Counted from the stretch's first letter, positions 29,505 to 39,977 are shown. The stretch: DNA of 64,000 nt from an uncultured virus (IMG/VR IMGVR_UViG_3300020407_000003) (IMGVR_UViG_3300020407_000003:1-64000); one strand, 5' to 3'. Numbers and translations: made by a program. Notes: generated from the sequence alone by a model not told the origin.

Positions 29505-31467
29505 TGTAAGAGAATTACAAAAGCTTAGCTCTGAAGAAATGTGGGCGATGGGCGACGAAGTATTTACTATTATCTTTGACGATGGTGAATTAGTTACCTC
29601 TACCCGTCCTACCATTCTAAGTCATTACTACTGGGAGATGCAACGTCATTTCCCAAATGCAACTATACTCAAGCGCCATCATGTCGGCAATGGTCATTAC
29701 ACCCCTAAGCTTCATGAGGAAATCTTAAGTAATGTGTTGTTCGATACGTATTATGCGTTGAATGAAGTAGTTGACATCATGCTACTCAGTCGTATTGCTT
29801 ATGAGATTACTAATAAGCTCTACAACGATGCGACTAATCAATTAGCTGGGTTTGTATCAACGGTAAGTATTTTAGATTACATTGAGATACACAACCACCC
29901 AATAACCGCAAAGGTTAGGGATGAATTTAGACCCAACGAACGGGCTATTGAGCGTGGCTATGAACAGATTAAAGATCTACTGTATAAGAAAGAAGAAGAA
30001 CTACCTAACAACAACGTTGCTGGGTTCTGTCATTCTAACGTCTTAAGTGTAGGTCAGATTGTTCAGTCGGTCGCTGCACGTGGGTTTGTAACAGATATTG
30101 ATAGTCATATCCCACCTAACCCAATCCCAACTAGCTACACAGAAGGGATGAATACGCTACATGATTCGATGATTGAATCACGTTCAGGCTCCAAAGCATC
30201 GTTAGCACAGAAAGATCCACTACAGACCACGCAGTATTATAACCGCCGTATGCAGTTGGGTTGTGCGATAATACAAAATCTTCATAAAGGGGATTGTGGA
30301 ACAACGCGTACCGTGAAGTTCCGTGTATTGCCGCAAAGTGTCAAGGTGTTGGTAGGTAAGTATTACTACGACAGTGACAACGAGCTAAAAGTATTCATGG
30401 GTAATGAAGATCATCTGATCGGCGAGACGATTAAACTGCGTTCACCGCTGGCGTGTGAGCATCCAGACCCTTACGGTATATGTAGTAAGTGTATGGGTAC
30501 GGTGGCGGCATCTGTTCCACCAGGTGCTAATCTAGGTCACGTAGCGGCGGTAGAACTATGTGCGGTTATCTCGCAAAGCGTACTCTCTATTAAACACTTA
30601 GAGGTAAGCTCCGTTGCCATTGAGATTAGTCTAGATGATCACCATCGTCGTTATCTGCGCCTCAATGCTAAAGGTGATAAGGTATTCATTAGAGATCAAG
30701 ACCGTTACGACCGTATGGAGCTGGTGCTTAACCACAACGATGTTAAACATATTGGCGATATCAACACAATCGAAGATATTACTGATTTATCATCGAGCCG
30801 TATTTCATCGTGTCGTGATATTGTACTTAATGGGTATCGTGGAGATGAGTTTGAAGATGTGTTATTGTCTGTGTCATCAGGTAAGAACTATTCTTCATTA
30901 TCAGGTGCAATGTTAAACTACCTAAAAGAACATGGTTGGTCTCTAAACGAGAAAGGGTTCTACGTATGTGACCTCAGCCATTGGGACTTCAATGAGCCTG
31001 CATTTATTCTTCCAATGAAACACATGAACATGTTGGAGTACATGGACGTTATTAAGACGTTCATTGAGTCATCAAGTTCTCAGGAAGATAAGAGTGCAAG
31101 CATGTCTAGCCGTACAACGAAGAAGCCTAAAGACGATAAGCGTAGCCGTATCGTTAATTGTGATTCAGTGTCACAGGCTTTGATGGACTTGCATGTGTTG
31201 GTGTCTGAGAAGTTGGGTGTTAACGTGGTGCATCTGGAAATTATCATCCTGTCAATTTTAGCACGCGACCCTGATCGTATGGATCACCGTCTGCCGCGTC
31301 CTCAAGATCAAAAGGTCTTTGGAACGTATAAGCAGAATATGGAACTTAGATCGTTAACAGGCCAGGCTGCATGGATGAACCAGGCGCAGATGATGATATC
31401 ACCAACGTCGTTTGCTCTGACTAATCGACCTAAGCATCCAATGGATACGGTGTTCATGGGTAAATAA
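29491..31467 (+). CDS. nvRNAP beta' subunit, C-terminal part (phiKZ gp74-like)
   Basis: ARGFVTDID, YYNRRMQL, DCGT, RSPLAC...ICSKCMG, SQSVLSIKH, VHLEIII. Confidence 0.88.
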   Translation: MRKFNVRELQKLSSEEMWAMGDEVFTIIFDDGELVTSTRPTILSHYYWEMQRHFPNATILKRHHVGNGHYTPKLHEEILSNVLFDTYYALNEVVDIMLLSRIAYEITNKLYNDATNQLAGFVSTVSILDYIEIHNHPITAKVRDEFRPNERAIERGYEQIKDLLYKKEEELPNNNVAGFCHSNVLSVGQIVQSVAARGFVTDIDSHIPPNPIPTSYTEGMNTLHDSMIESRSGSKASLAQKDPLQTTQYYNRRMQLGCAIIQNLHKGDCGTTRTVKFRVLPQSVKVLVGKYYYDSDNELKVFMGNEDHLIGETIKLRSPLACEHPDPYGICSKCMGTVAASVPPGANLGHVAAVELCAVISQSVLSIKHLEVSSVAIEISLDDHHRRYLRLNAKGDKVFIRDQDRYDRMELVLNHNDVKHIGDINTIEDITDLSSSRISSCRDIVLNGYRGDEFEDVLLSVSSGKNYSSLSGAMLNYLKEHGWSLNEKGFYVCDLSHWDFNEPAFILPMKHMNMLEYMDVIKTFIESSSSQEDKSASMSSRTTKKPKDDKRSRIVNCDSVSQALMDLHVLVSEKLGVNVVHLEIIILSILARDPDRMDHRLPRPQDQKVFGTYKQNMELRSLTGQAAWMNQAQMMISPTSFALTNRPKHPMDTVFMGK

Positions 31468-31486
31468 AACAATAAAGGAGGGCATC

Positions 31487-34048
31487 GTGCCAACTCAGTA
31501 TTACGCACATGTGGATGTAAAAAGTCACCATGTACGGTTCCACACCATGATGCCAGAGTGTAAACGCGCCCTCTATGATTATTGCGAGCGGTTAATCGAT
31601 TATGACCAAGGGTACGATCCTCGTACCCACAGTTACTATAAGATACCTAAGCGTGTCTTTGCCGCATCACCGCATGATCGTAGAGAGTTGCGTTTCCATA
31701 TTAACCAGTATAAAGATATACTTACACACCTTAACGTAAAGGGAATCAAAACCGAACAATTATTAATTGAGCATTTTACTCCGGTAGAAGGTGATGATGT
31801 TACTAGTTTTGTAATAGATGACGACATTCAACCTTACGAGTACCAATTGCCAGTTATTGACCATTTCCTTACACCGGGTGTAAGTAAGATAACCAATGCG
31901 CCAACGGGTAGTGGTAAGATGCAACCATTAGACAGTCTAATTAAGATACCTGGTGGTTGGAAACGAATGGGAGATATACAGGTAGGAGATAAGATCACAG
32001 CACCTGACGGACACGACACTTTTGTAAATGGCGTATTCCCTCAAGGGAAAATGCAGATTTATAAGGTTACGTTTGCAGATGGTCGGTCAACTGAAGTTGG
32101 AGGTGAGCATCTTTGGAAGATGTTTATTGCTAACTACCATGATGTCGATAAGCGGTGGCGTATAGGTGATACCTTTGAAATGATGCGTGAACTTAAACGC
32201 TCACAACCTAGAGTGTATATACCGCTAATTCAACCTGAACAAGGTAAGTACAAAGAACTACCCATTCACCCATGGACCCTCGGCGCTATGTTGGGTGACG
32301 GTTGCTTTACTACCACGACTCCCACATTCACCACTACCTACGTGGATGTCTTCCATAAGCTGTCAACTCTGTTACCAGAACACGTTACATTAAGTTGTGG
32401 TGCTAACGGGCGAACTATTGGTTTTGGAAATAGTCATGTGTTTAGAGATTACTTCAAGCACTTAGGACTATGGGGTTGTCGTTCCGCTGATAAATTCATC
32501 CCTAAGATTTATTTAGAAGCTTCCGTAGAGCAGCGTTACGCGTTACTTCAGGGTCTGATGGATACCGATGGAGGTATTGATGTCAATTCATCCATGGACT
32601 ACTCAAGCGTATCTGAACAACTAGCCAAAGACGTTCAATACTTAGTCAGAAGTCTAGGAGGTATTGCAAAAATATCTAAACGTCAAACCTACTACACCTA
32701 CAAGGGAGAAAAGAAACCTGGACAGCCTAGCTTCAGGGTTAACATTCGCCATCCTAAACCATCTTCACTCTTTACTGTACCACATAAGCTCGAAAGGGCT
32801 AATGATGATAATCAGTATTCTAAAGGATTGAAGTTAAAGGTTGTAAGTGTAGAACCATCCCGAATGGCTGAAGCACAGTGTATATCGGTTACACACAAAG
32901 ATCATCTTTATGTGACTGATGATTTTGTGGTTACACACAACACCATGATGTCTTTATATTCCACATGGATGATAAAGAAAAGAACCATCTTGGTTGTTCC
33001 TGCTAAGTACATCACCGAAGGTAAATGGATTGGTGATATCACTAAGACATTAAATGTACCTAGGGAAAAACTGTGTGTGGTGAAAGGATCTAAAGCCATG
33101 CGGACGCTTATCGATTTAGGATTAGCAGATGCCTTGGAATATGATTTTATCATTATATCAGCGACTACCATGTACAACTTCTACAAGGCGTATGAGGAAG
33201 GAAAGCTGGAGGAAGAAGGGTATAACTGCGACCCCGATGAATTGTACACGGTTACTAAAACAGGACTACGCGTAATAGATGAAGTACATGAGAACTTCCA
33301 TCTCAACTTTACGCAGGATCTGTACGGTCATGTGGCTAAGACGATTTACATGTCGGCGACGTTAGTTTCTGATAATGCTTTCATTAATTCAATGTTAGAA
33401 GTTGCCTATCCTGTTGGCGAACGTATAACACCGGATTATGATGGCAAATATATCGCCTGTACAGCCCTCACATACCGTTGTAACAAGGTAGAGCTACTAT
33501 CGCATAAGCGACGTAAGATGTACTCTCAGATGCTCTTTGAGGCGTCTATATTGAAGAAGAAGTTTCGTAGTGAAGCTTACGCTGAAATGATCTATGATAT
33601 CGTGCTTAATGAATACATCAGTATCCGTGAGCCGGGGCAAAAGATGATGATCTTTGCTGATACCATAGAGATGTGTACCTATCTAACATCGTTTATAAAG
33701 CCACGTTTGACTGACTTAACTGTCAATAGGTTTGTGGGTGAGGATCCAGATGAGTATCTTTATGAATCTGATGTAATCATTACTACACCTAAGTCTGCAG
33801 GCACTGCGGTAGATATCAAAGGGCTTAAAGTTACCTTACTGACATCTGCAATTGGCTCACGTCAATTAAACGCGCAGATACTGGGTCGTTTGAGAAAGCT
33901 AAGAGGCTTTAAAGATAACGTACCACGTTTCTTTTACTTAGTTTGCGAAGATATAGATTCTCATGTTAAGTACCATGAAAGAAAACTTGCTACTTTCTCA
34001 GATAAAGTTAAAACTCACCGTACGCTGCAAACTGCGTATGTGCTATAA
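31487..34048 (+). CDS. SF2 (DExH) helicase with intein (phiKZ gp75-like)
   Basis: PTGSGK-[intein]-T, DEVH, SAT, QILGRLR; 512 aa after splicing. Confidence 0.88.
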   Translation: MPTQYYAHVDVKSHHVRFHTMMPECKRALYDYCERLIDYDQGYDPRTHSYYKIPKRVFAASPHDRRELRFHINQYKDILTHLNVKGIKTEQLLIEHFTPVEGDDVTSFVIDDDIQPYEYQLPVIDHFLTPGVSKITNAPTGSGKMQPLDSLIKIPGGWKRMGDIQVGDKITAPDGHDTFVNGVFPQGKMQIYKVTFADGRSTEVGGEHLWKMFIANYHDVDKRWRIGDTFEMMRELKRSQPRVYIPLIQPEQGKYKELPIHPWTLGAMLGDGCFTTTTPTFTTTYVDVFHKLSTLLPEHVTLSCGANGRTIGFGNSHVFRDYFKHLGLWGCRSADKFIPKIYLEASVEQRYALLQGLMDTDGGIDVNSSMDYSSVSEQLAKDVQYLVRSLGGIAKISKRQTYYTYKGEKKPGQPSFRVNIRHPKPSSLFTVPHKLERANDDNQYSKGLKLKVVSVEPSRMAEAQCISVTHKDHLYVTDDFVVTHNTMMSLYSTWMIKKRTILVVPAKYITEGKWIGDITKTLNVPREKLCVVKGSKAMRTLIDLGLADALEYDFIIISATTMYNFYKAYEEGKLEEEGYNCDPDELYTVTKTGLRVIDEVHENFHLNFTQDLYGHVAKTIYMSATLVSDNAFINSMLEVAYPVGERITPDYDGKYIACTALTYRCNKVELLSHKRRKMYSQMLFEASILKKKFRSEAYAEMIYDIVLNEYISIREPGQKMMIFADTIEMCTYLTSFIKPRLTDLTVNRFVGEDPDEYLYESDVIITTPKSAGTAVDIKGLKVTLLTSAIGSRQLNAQILGRLRKLRGFKDNVPRFFYLVCEDIDSHVKYHERKLATFSDKVKTHRTLQTAYVL
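31919..32941 (+). mobile_element. Class 3 intein with LAGLIDADG endonuclease (341 aa) in Walker A
   Basis: Starts MQPLD; block B HLW, block F QCISV, block G VVTHN/T; LGAMLGDG and LQGLMDTDG motifs. Confidence 0.9.
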
Positions 34049-34057
34049 GGAGAGATC

Positions 34058-34162
34058 ATGCCAACAACAGGTAGTAGTAATCGTCCCTATAAGACAACCT
34101 CAAAACAATTAAGTCCCAAGGTGCTAGCCATGCTTAACCGTAGACTTAGAAAGTTAAAGTAG
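34058..34162 (+). CDS. Small basic protein (34 aa), not in the ORF track
   Basis: AAGGAGAG RBS, ATG 34058, TAG 34160-34162, followed by a hairpin. Confidence 0.55.
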   Translation: MPTTGSSNRPYKTTSKQLSPKVLAMLNRRLRKLK

Positions 34163-34169
34163 ACGTATC

Positions 34170-34199
34170 TAGGCTCGCCTCCTTTTGGGGGTGAGCCTA
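34170..34199 (+). terminator. Hairpin, probable terminator
   Basis: TAGGCTCGCCTCC-TTTT-GGGGGTGAGCCTA. Confidence 0.55.
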
Positions 34200-35044
34200 T
34201 GACCTATAAGGAGTTTTTTATGTTGTATCATCTTGTTAATGGTGAGCAGGTTTCAGATCCTGAACCGTTCCCAGGTGAAGACATCTGTGTAATGATGATA
34301 GACAGTGACGTTTGCAAAATAGAAACCGTACCCTTTAATTCATTATTTACCATTGATAACTATAACGGCCTCTATACGGTTATAAAAGTAAATGAGGTAG
34401 CCGCTATCTCCCAGGTAGAAGGTATTGCTATACCTGATAAAATTTACGATGTCATGCAGTTAGATGATCTAGTTACTGTACTTTACATGTCGGGTAATGA
34501 AGTAAGGTATAGAAAACTAATTATAAGTGACTCTTATTCCGAATGTATGTTGCTTAAAGACGGGTTGGTGGCGCTAAACAACCAACCGTTTCCTACTTTA
34601 GAAACAGTAGATAGCGTTAGAGTATATAAGCGATTAAATCATGATGGCTTTACGTCACAAAGCTTTAAGTTATCTACTAAAGAACGAATCAGCGATAACC
34701 ACCCATTGCGTCCACGTGGGATAAATTCAATCACGACCTATCAGGATGGTTATATAGTAGATGTTGAGTTTACTAATGGAATCAAGGTTTATAGAAGAGA
34801 ATTGATTGTTTACCCTAACCATAAAACTAATAAAGTACATGCAAGTATGGAGGAGATGGTGTCGTGGCAGTCTGACTACATATATAAATCTAATTTAGCT
34901 TCTGTTAAGGCGCACGGTATGGCGGTGTTATTCACCTATGCAGATATAGATGCGAAAGGAAATATCAATACTAATTCATTTAGACTAGAATATGTCATAG
35001 AAGGTCAGGTATTTGTAAAAGAGTTTAATACAACAACGTCTTGA
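34199..35044 (+). CDS. Hypothetical beta-rich protein
   Basis: 281-aa ORF; true start may be the ATG at 34220 after AAGGAG. Confidence 0.7.
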   Translation: MTYKEFFMLYHLVNGEQVSDPEPFPGEDICVMMIDSDVCKIETVPFNSLFTIDNYNGLYTVIKVNEVAAISQVEGIAIPDKIYDVMQLDDLVTVLYMSGNEVRYRKLIISDSYSECMLLKDGLVALNNQPFPTLETVDSVRVYKRLNHDGFTSQSFKLSTKERISDNHPLRPRGINSITTYQDGYIVDVEFTNGIKVYRRELIVYPNHKTNKVHASMEEMVSWQSDYIYKSNLASVKAHGMAVLFTYADIDAKGNINTNSFRLEYVIEGQVFVKEFNTTTS

Positions 35045-35102
35045 CGGCATAGAGGAAGAGCTAGCGTAGCGCTAGCTCTTCCTCGTTATGCGCTTTCTTT
35101 TT
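35044..35102. terminator. Bidirectional terminator flanked by inverted TATGC motifs
   Basis: 15-bp stem GAGGAAGAGCTAGCG/CGCTAGCTCTTCCTC; ACGGCATA on the left, TTATGCGC on the right. Confidence 0.85.
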
Positions 35103-35513
35103 TTATTTAAATATCTTACCTAACAGCATCTTAATGGCAACCATCAGGATGTTGTTAATTAGATAGCCACTGAAGTGATGAGACATCTCGTCTTTCTTCA
35201 GCCATTTCAAATAAATATTGTCAATGGCCTCGCCATCGTATTCTAACACTAAATGACCAATGTAATCTTTCTCGGTCAAACAACGCCAGAACTTAGCTTT
35301 AAACAACAATATACCTGTCCAGAACTTCCAGTAGCTCTCCCCACAGATGTACCACCATACAGTAACTGCAAAATCATCACAGTCACCACGATAGTGTCCG
35401 GTTTCATCCATCTCTAATATACGCCAACTGTCAACCTTAGAGTCGTATTTATATTTAAAACGATTAATAAGGTTTTTAATTTTACGTTGCGCTTCTTCAC
35501 TAATACGCGGCAT
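35103..35513 (-). CDS. Transglutaminase-like cysteine protease (BTLCP-like)
   Basis: GDCDDFA...GHLVL...IDN Cys-His-Asp motifs. Confidence 0.7.
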   Translation of the reverse strand: MPRISEEAQRKIKNLINRFKYKYDSKVDSWRILEMDETGHYRGDCDDFAVTVWWYICGESYWKFWTGILLFKAKFWRCLTEKDYIGHLVLEYDGEAIDNIYLKWLKKDEMSHHFSGYLINNILMVAIKMLLGKIFK

Positions 35514-35526
35514 GTGTGTTTCCTCG

Positions 35527-35832
35527 TTATAATAATTCTAATGTTAATTCAACATAGATACCCGGCCTATGGCTAGGTATCTGACGTATCCACTTTAATT
35601 CAGGTGTTCTTAACATCGTTCCTAAGGTAATAGGGTCTTCTGTTAACAACTCTTTAATTAAGGCACTTATATAGAACTGATCACGTATAACAATCCAGCG
35701 TTTTACGTGTAGCTCTATCATGGAACTTAGTTTACCTATAGGGTCGGTTACTAGTTCATCTTTTTCAAAAAACTGACGGTGGGTGCGTACTTCTTTAGCA
35801 CCCTTTAACTCATAATCGAGTTTAATTTTCAT
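35527..35832 (-). CDS. Hypothetical protein
   Basis: 101 aa, within a minus-strand operon. Confidence 0.65.
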   Translation of the reverse strand: MKIKLDYELKGAKEVRTHRQFFEKDELVTDPIGKLSSMIELHVKRWIVIRDQFYISALIKELLTEDPITLGTMLRTPELKWIRQIPSHRPGIYVELTLELL

Positions 35833-35845
35833 TTATCTATTCCAA

Positions 35846-37846
35846 TTACCAACTTAACGATGCAGTACCACTATCCTTGCTACTCGATGCTACGAGTGGG
35901 ACGACATCACCCTCAGTTAATGATTCCATATTAACTTCTAAAGTTTCACCCATGAGACGGTCTACTTCCGCTTTTGACCATTTCATTATGTCAAGATTAC
36001 GTGTACTTAAATTTTGCTTATCACCCGTATCTAAAAGAATATTGATAACGTAAGTTTGCGTATCCTGCCCAAGACGATCAACCCGACTCACTGCTTGATT
36101 TTTCTCATAATCTCTAAATGGATTGTTAAGAAACACCACCGTATTAGCACTGATGACTGGGATGGCGGTGGATAGGGATTTAAGTGTAGCTACCAGGGGA
36201 TTGACTTTAGAGTCATTGTCAAACCTTTCCATGATGTTAACAATGTTCTTGTTGGTATCACCGTATACGATAGCGGGTTTATAAGTCGGCTTTAAATGTT
36301 CGACAGCAATATCTACGACTTCGACAAAACTAGAAAAGATAAGTACTTTCTTCTTACTTGCTTTAATTATACCATCGTAGTCAACAACCTTGGCAATCTC
36401 TTTAAAACACTCTATACGTCTTCTACCTAAAACCCGACCTAGCGCCTCACCACGAATTACCAACTCCACATACTTCACCACCCCTTTCACCCGTTTAAAT
36501 TCTTTACGATTTTCAGCAGATAATCTAGGATATATAACACTATCTTCGTAAGCGTTGACGTCCCTTATCAATTCAGCTAAAGGGCGATAGTCACTGGTGG
36601 ATTTTAATACGTCTATCTTTTGAAGATAATTATTAAAGTCGCTACGTTCACCATCCCGAAGTGTTTGTTCAAACACAGTCAAAACCTTCTCAAAATCCTG
36701 AAGGTACGAGTTGTAATGTTCCTTATAGAAGGCAAGTCGTTCGGTAATGAATTCTAACATTTCCTGTTTGACGTGCTCCAACGTAAAACGATCAGAATCC
36801 TTTACTTGAACTTTGATATCTTCTTCAATCGGATCATCAGTTCTGACTACAGTCTTATCAACATTGAATACACTCTTACCTATTCTTCTGGCAAGTATGT
36901 CATTAGCTCTTGATGAACTTACACCAAAGATACCTTTGAATCGCTTCTCGACCTCTGGTGTAAACAAGGGATCACAGGCTCGTAAGAAACTAACCATCTC
37001 CGTCGCTAGTGCCTTAAATGGCGTGCCTGACGACCAGAGTATATGCCGACATGCAGTCTGCCTGCATAACTCAATAAAGGACAACGTCCGCGCCGAAGTA
37101 ACTTCATTGAAATGATGGCTCTCGTCAAGGTCAATGAATACGTCTTTTCGCTTGAAAATGTCGACATTATTTAACAGGACGGGTAGTGCCTCGTAGTGAC
37201 AGATATAGTAATCCATACCTTTGGGTGGTGGTGTGCCTGAATCGGACAACCAGCATTCCTTATCACCCTTAACGTATTTTTCAATGTTATCTAACCATAC
37301 CTCACGTATCGCGTTTTTAGGACAGACTATTATCATCGTGTCTAACTCCAACAACCCATGGAGTAAAAGACCTGAGAATGTCTTACCCGACCCAGGTGGA
37401 GATGCCAAGTAGTAGCCGTTAAGACCCATCTTAACGGTATTGATGGCATAGCTCTCAATGAAGCTACTTTGATGGTCAAGCGGTTTAAGATTGAAGTTTC
37501 TAAGACGTCTGTAATTAACAACATCACCCACCTCCACCTCTCTACCAAGCCAGGTGTTTTCTTTAAGTAATTCCATTATCTTTAGAATAACACCCCTTGA
37601 CAGATAAGTCTTACTTTGCTCAGATAGTATATCAAGAGCATTGTAAAACTCATAGGCAAAGAACGAATCTAGACTTACTTCCGCTGCGCCTTGACTAATA
37701 AAAAGATTATTAGGAATTCTAACACTATTCCACATATTCTTCATATCTGAAACAACGGCTCTAGTTTTAATCCCGGAGACCGTTATCACCCCATCCTTTT
37801 CTTCCACACTAATGTGGCCTATAAGTCTCTGTAAAATACTTATCAT
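35846..37846 (-). CDS. SF2 (SNF2-like) helicase
   Basis: PPGSGKT, DESH, SGTP, QAVSRVDRLGQ. Confidence 0.88.
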   Translation of the reverse strand: MISILQRLIGHISVEEKDGVITVSGIKTRAVVSDMKNMWNSVRIPNNLFISQGAAEVSLDSFFAYEFYNALDILSEQSKTYLSRGVILKIMELLKENTWLGREVEVGDVVNYRRLRNFNLKPLDHQSSFIESYAINTVKMGLNGYYLASPPGSGKTFSGLLLHGLLELDTMIIVCPKNAIREVWLDNIEKYVKGDKECWLSDSGTPPPKGMDYYICHYEALPVLLNNVDIFKRKDVFIDLDESHHFNEVTSARTLSFIELCRQTACRHILWSSGTPFKALATEMVSFLRACDPLFTPEVEKRFKGIFGVSSSRANDILARRIGKSVFNVDKTVVRTDDPIEEDIKVQVKDSDRFTLEHVKQEMLEFITERLAFYKEHYNSYLQDFEKVLTVFEQTLRDGERSDFNNYLQKIDVLKSTSDYRPLAELIRDVNAYEDSVIYPRLSAENRKEFKRVKGVVKYVELVIRGEALGRVLGRRRIECFKEIAKVVDYDGIIKASKKKVLIFSSFVEVVDIAVEHLKPTYKPAIVYGDTNKNIVNIMERFDNDSKVNPLVATLKSLSTAIPVISANTVVFLNNPFRDYEKNQAVSRVDRLGQDTQTYVINILLDTGDKQNLSTRNLDIMKWSKAEVDRLMGETLEVNMESLTEGDVVPLVASSSKDSGTASLSW

Positions 37847-37857
37847 GCCCGTATAAC

Positions 37858-39123
37858 CTATTGTATAAAATCTAAACCCTGAAGCTCTTCTGTTTGAATA
37901 TTGCTCTGGTGAAACTTACTTAAGAATAACGAAAGAAAGGCACTACCTGTAGCAGATGCAAGTAACGACAACGCTTTATCGTTATCAGCAATAGCATCAC
38001 CCATACACACTTTACAATAGTCGGTGAAAGGTACTTTACACGCCATGGGACTTCTAAGTGTAAGTGTCTTACCGATGCTTGCTTTTAATGCAGCTTCACT
38101 TAAGGGTTTATCAGGTGCTGATACCAGACGACGACCCTCAAACGCTTTGTAGTTCATGTTGGTAATAGCCATTGGCATGCCTACTTTATCCTTACAGTCG
38201 TCTTGAGAGATAAAGCTATTTTGGAATACACGAGTGATAGTTTTAACAGCCTCACCACCTAGCGCCGTCTGTGTAGAACGCGCGTAAGAGCCATCACGCA
38301 ATGAGTTGATTAATGCAGGGAGATCTTCAACGTTCCACCCATCTTGCAGCGAGCGAGGGATAACGTCGATCTTAGATGGGTCTTCAAACGAGGACTCACC
38401 ACCATGCATTATATACGCCTGCTTACGAGTAACGTTAAATGCTTTAGCTGACTTATAGAAGCCTGACGATGGATCATCTTTGATATACTCGCGGTCCATG
38501 TCAATGAGTTCTTTCTCAATCTTAGCAATAACTGCGGGGTTATCTAACTCATCTTTGTGTTGCTTAAGCAATTCGTCACGACGTTTAACAATTGCCGGGC
38601 TTGTGGTGATAGATTTCTCAGAAGCAGACGGCACCCACAGTGATGTTAACGATGAAAGAAAGTACAGCTGTTTGAAATAGACAGAGACTTGTTCAGGTGT
38701 GATGATATCATCTTTAAGCGCTACTGCTACCTGGTCTCCTACCTTACCTGCTTTAACTTCTTCGTTGATATAAGGAATTACATCCCCAAAGGGATACGAC
38801 AATAGCATAGCGTTGGCTAGCAGTCGACCTACGGTTGTTTCTGTCTTACCCTTAATGTTTTTAAGGGTATCCTTTTCAACAGTTATTACATCACTTGCTG
38901 TGAATAATGGTTGATCTTCTTTATAGCCAACTACAGGTCCAGCGATGCTACCTTGTTCGTCGATGTAGTGTAATTCACCTTCCACATCTAATAACATACC
39001 GACGTATTGAGATTCACGTGGTTTAGGTGAGAAGATGCCAAATACACTTAAATGCCAGTGTTTTTGTATAAAGGCATTATGCTTGATAGCAAACGCTAAA
39101 TAAGTGTTTTTATCTATACTCAT
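37858..39123 (-). CDS. Virion RNA polymerase beta' subunit fragment (phiKZ gp80-like)
   Basis: TTVGRLLAN, RxGSYxR..TALGG, DDC, LRSPMAC...YCKVCMG. Confidence 0.85.
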   Translation of the reverse strand: MSIDKNTYLAFAIKHNAFIQKHWHLSVFGIFSPKPRESQYVGMLLDVEGELHYIDEQGSIAGPVVGYKEDQPLFTASDVITVEKDTLKNIKGKTETTVGRLLANAMLLSYPFGDVIPYINEEVKAGKVGDQVAVALKDDIITPEQVSVYFKQLYFLSSLTSLWVPSASEKSITTSPAIVKRRDELLKQHKDELDNPAVIAKIEKELIDMDREYIKDDPSSGFYKSAKAFNVTRKQAYIMHGGESSFEDPSKIDVIPRSLQDGWNVEDLPALINSLRDGSYARSTQTALGGEAVKTITRVFQNSFISQDDCKDKVGMPMAITNMNYKAFEGRRLVSAPDKPLSEAALKASIGKTLTLRSPMACKVPFTDYCKVCMGDAIADNDKALSLLASATGSAFLSLFLSKFHQSNIQTEELQGLDFIQ

Positions 39124-39977
39124 TGTATACGTCCCGGATAGATAGTTTGATTAAGTTCACGCATGATTGCGGCGGCTAACACCTCGTCACCAATTTCGGT
39201 ATTGACAAGTAATTGTGTCGTCTCTTGAAGTAGATGATCTTCAACATCGCTAATCAAGACGCAGCCATAGATAAGTGCGGCGAGAGGAACAATAGCTTTA
39301 GATTCTATTAGAGTATCTACGGTGCTATTGGCATGTAGCCAGAGTGTGTCTAAAGGCAGACCGTAATCGATGCCGCGTTCTAACATGCCGCGTAATGGGT
39401 TAGCTGGATAAGTCGCTACAGGGTGGATCTCATAGCGCTGTTTAGCGCGTTCTTTAGTAGCAGTAGTATTTACGATTAAGTTATCAATCTTACCATTGGC
39501 TATCTCTACCAAACGATCCATTAACGCTTCATCAACATGCGTTACTGCTTGCGTTACCGTCGACCAGGTAACTACATCACCCTGAGTACTTACAGACTCT
39601 ACCAGCATGGCTAGAGCTTCTATGTTATCTTCACTTCCCGTCAATGTGTCGATAATCATTTGCGCATCTTCAATTTGAGGAAGTAACCACAACGTTTCCA
39701 AAATAGCAAGGTAAGTAAAAGAATCTGGTGACTGTTCATCATCTACCACCACACCATGGCTGGCTAGTAGGTTGATCAGATACTCGTTATACATCAACGT
39801 CACTTCATCAATGATGTACGTATTCGTCTGTGTGTTGCTTGCCAGTACAAACGCATCGATGGTTTCAACAAAACCGACCACTTGCATGTCGAAGAATAAC
39901 TGATTGCATCCTATATAGAATGCCTGACGCGGTTCAGGTAGGGTGGATGTCAGGGCATCGGCGTCGGTTATATACAT
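39120..39977 (-). CDS. Hypothetical protein (phiKZ gp79-like by synteny)
   Basis: 285 aa, ATGA overlap with the vRNAP gene. Confidence 0.65.
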   Translation of the reverse strand: MYITDADALTSTLPEPRQAFYIGCNQLFFDMQVVGFVETIDAFVLASNTQTNTYIIDEVTLMYNEYLINLLASHGVVVDDEQSPDSFTYLAILETLWLLPQIEDAQMIIDTLTGSEDNIEALAMLVESVSTQGDVVTWSTVTQAVTHVDEALMDRLVEIANGKIDNLIVNTTATKERAKQRYEIHPVATYPANPLRGMLERGIDYGLPLDTLWLHANSTVDTLIESKAIVPLAALIYGCVLISDVEDHLLQETTQLLVNTEIGDEVLAAAIMRELNQTIYPGRIQ

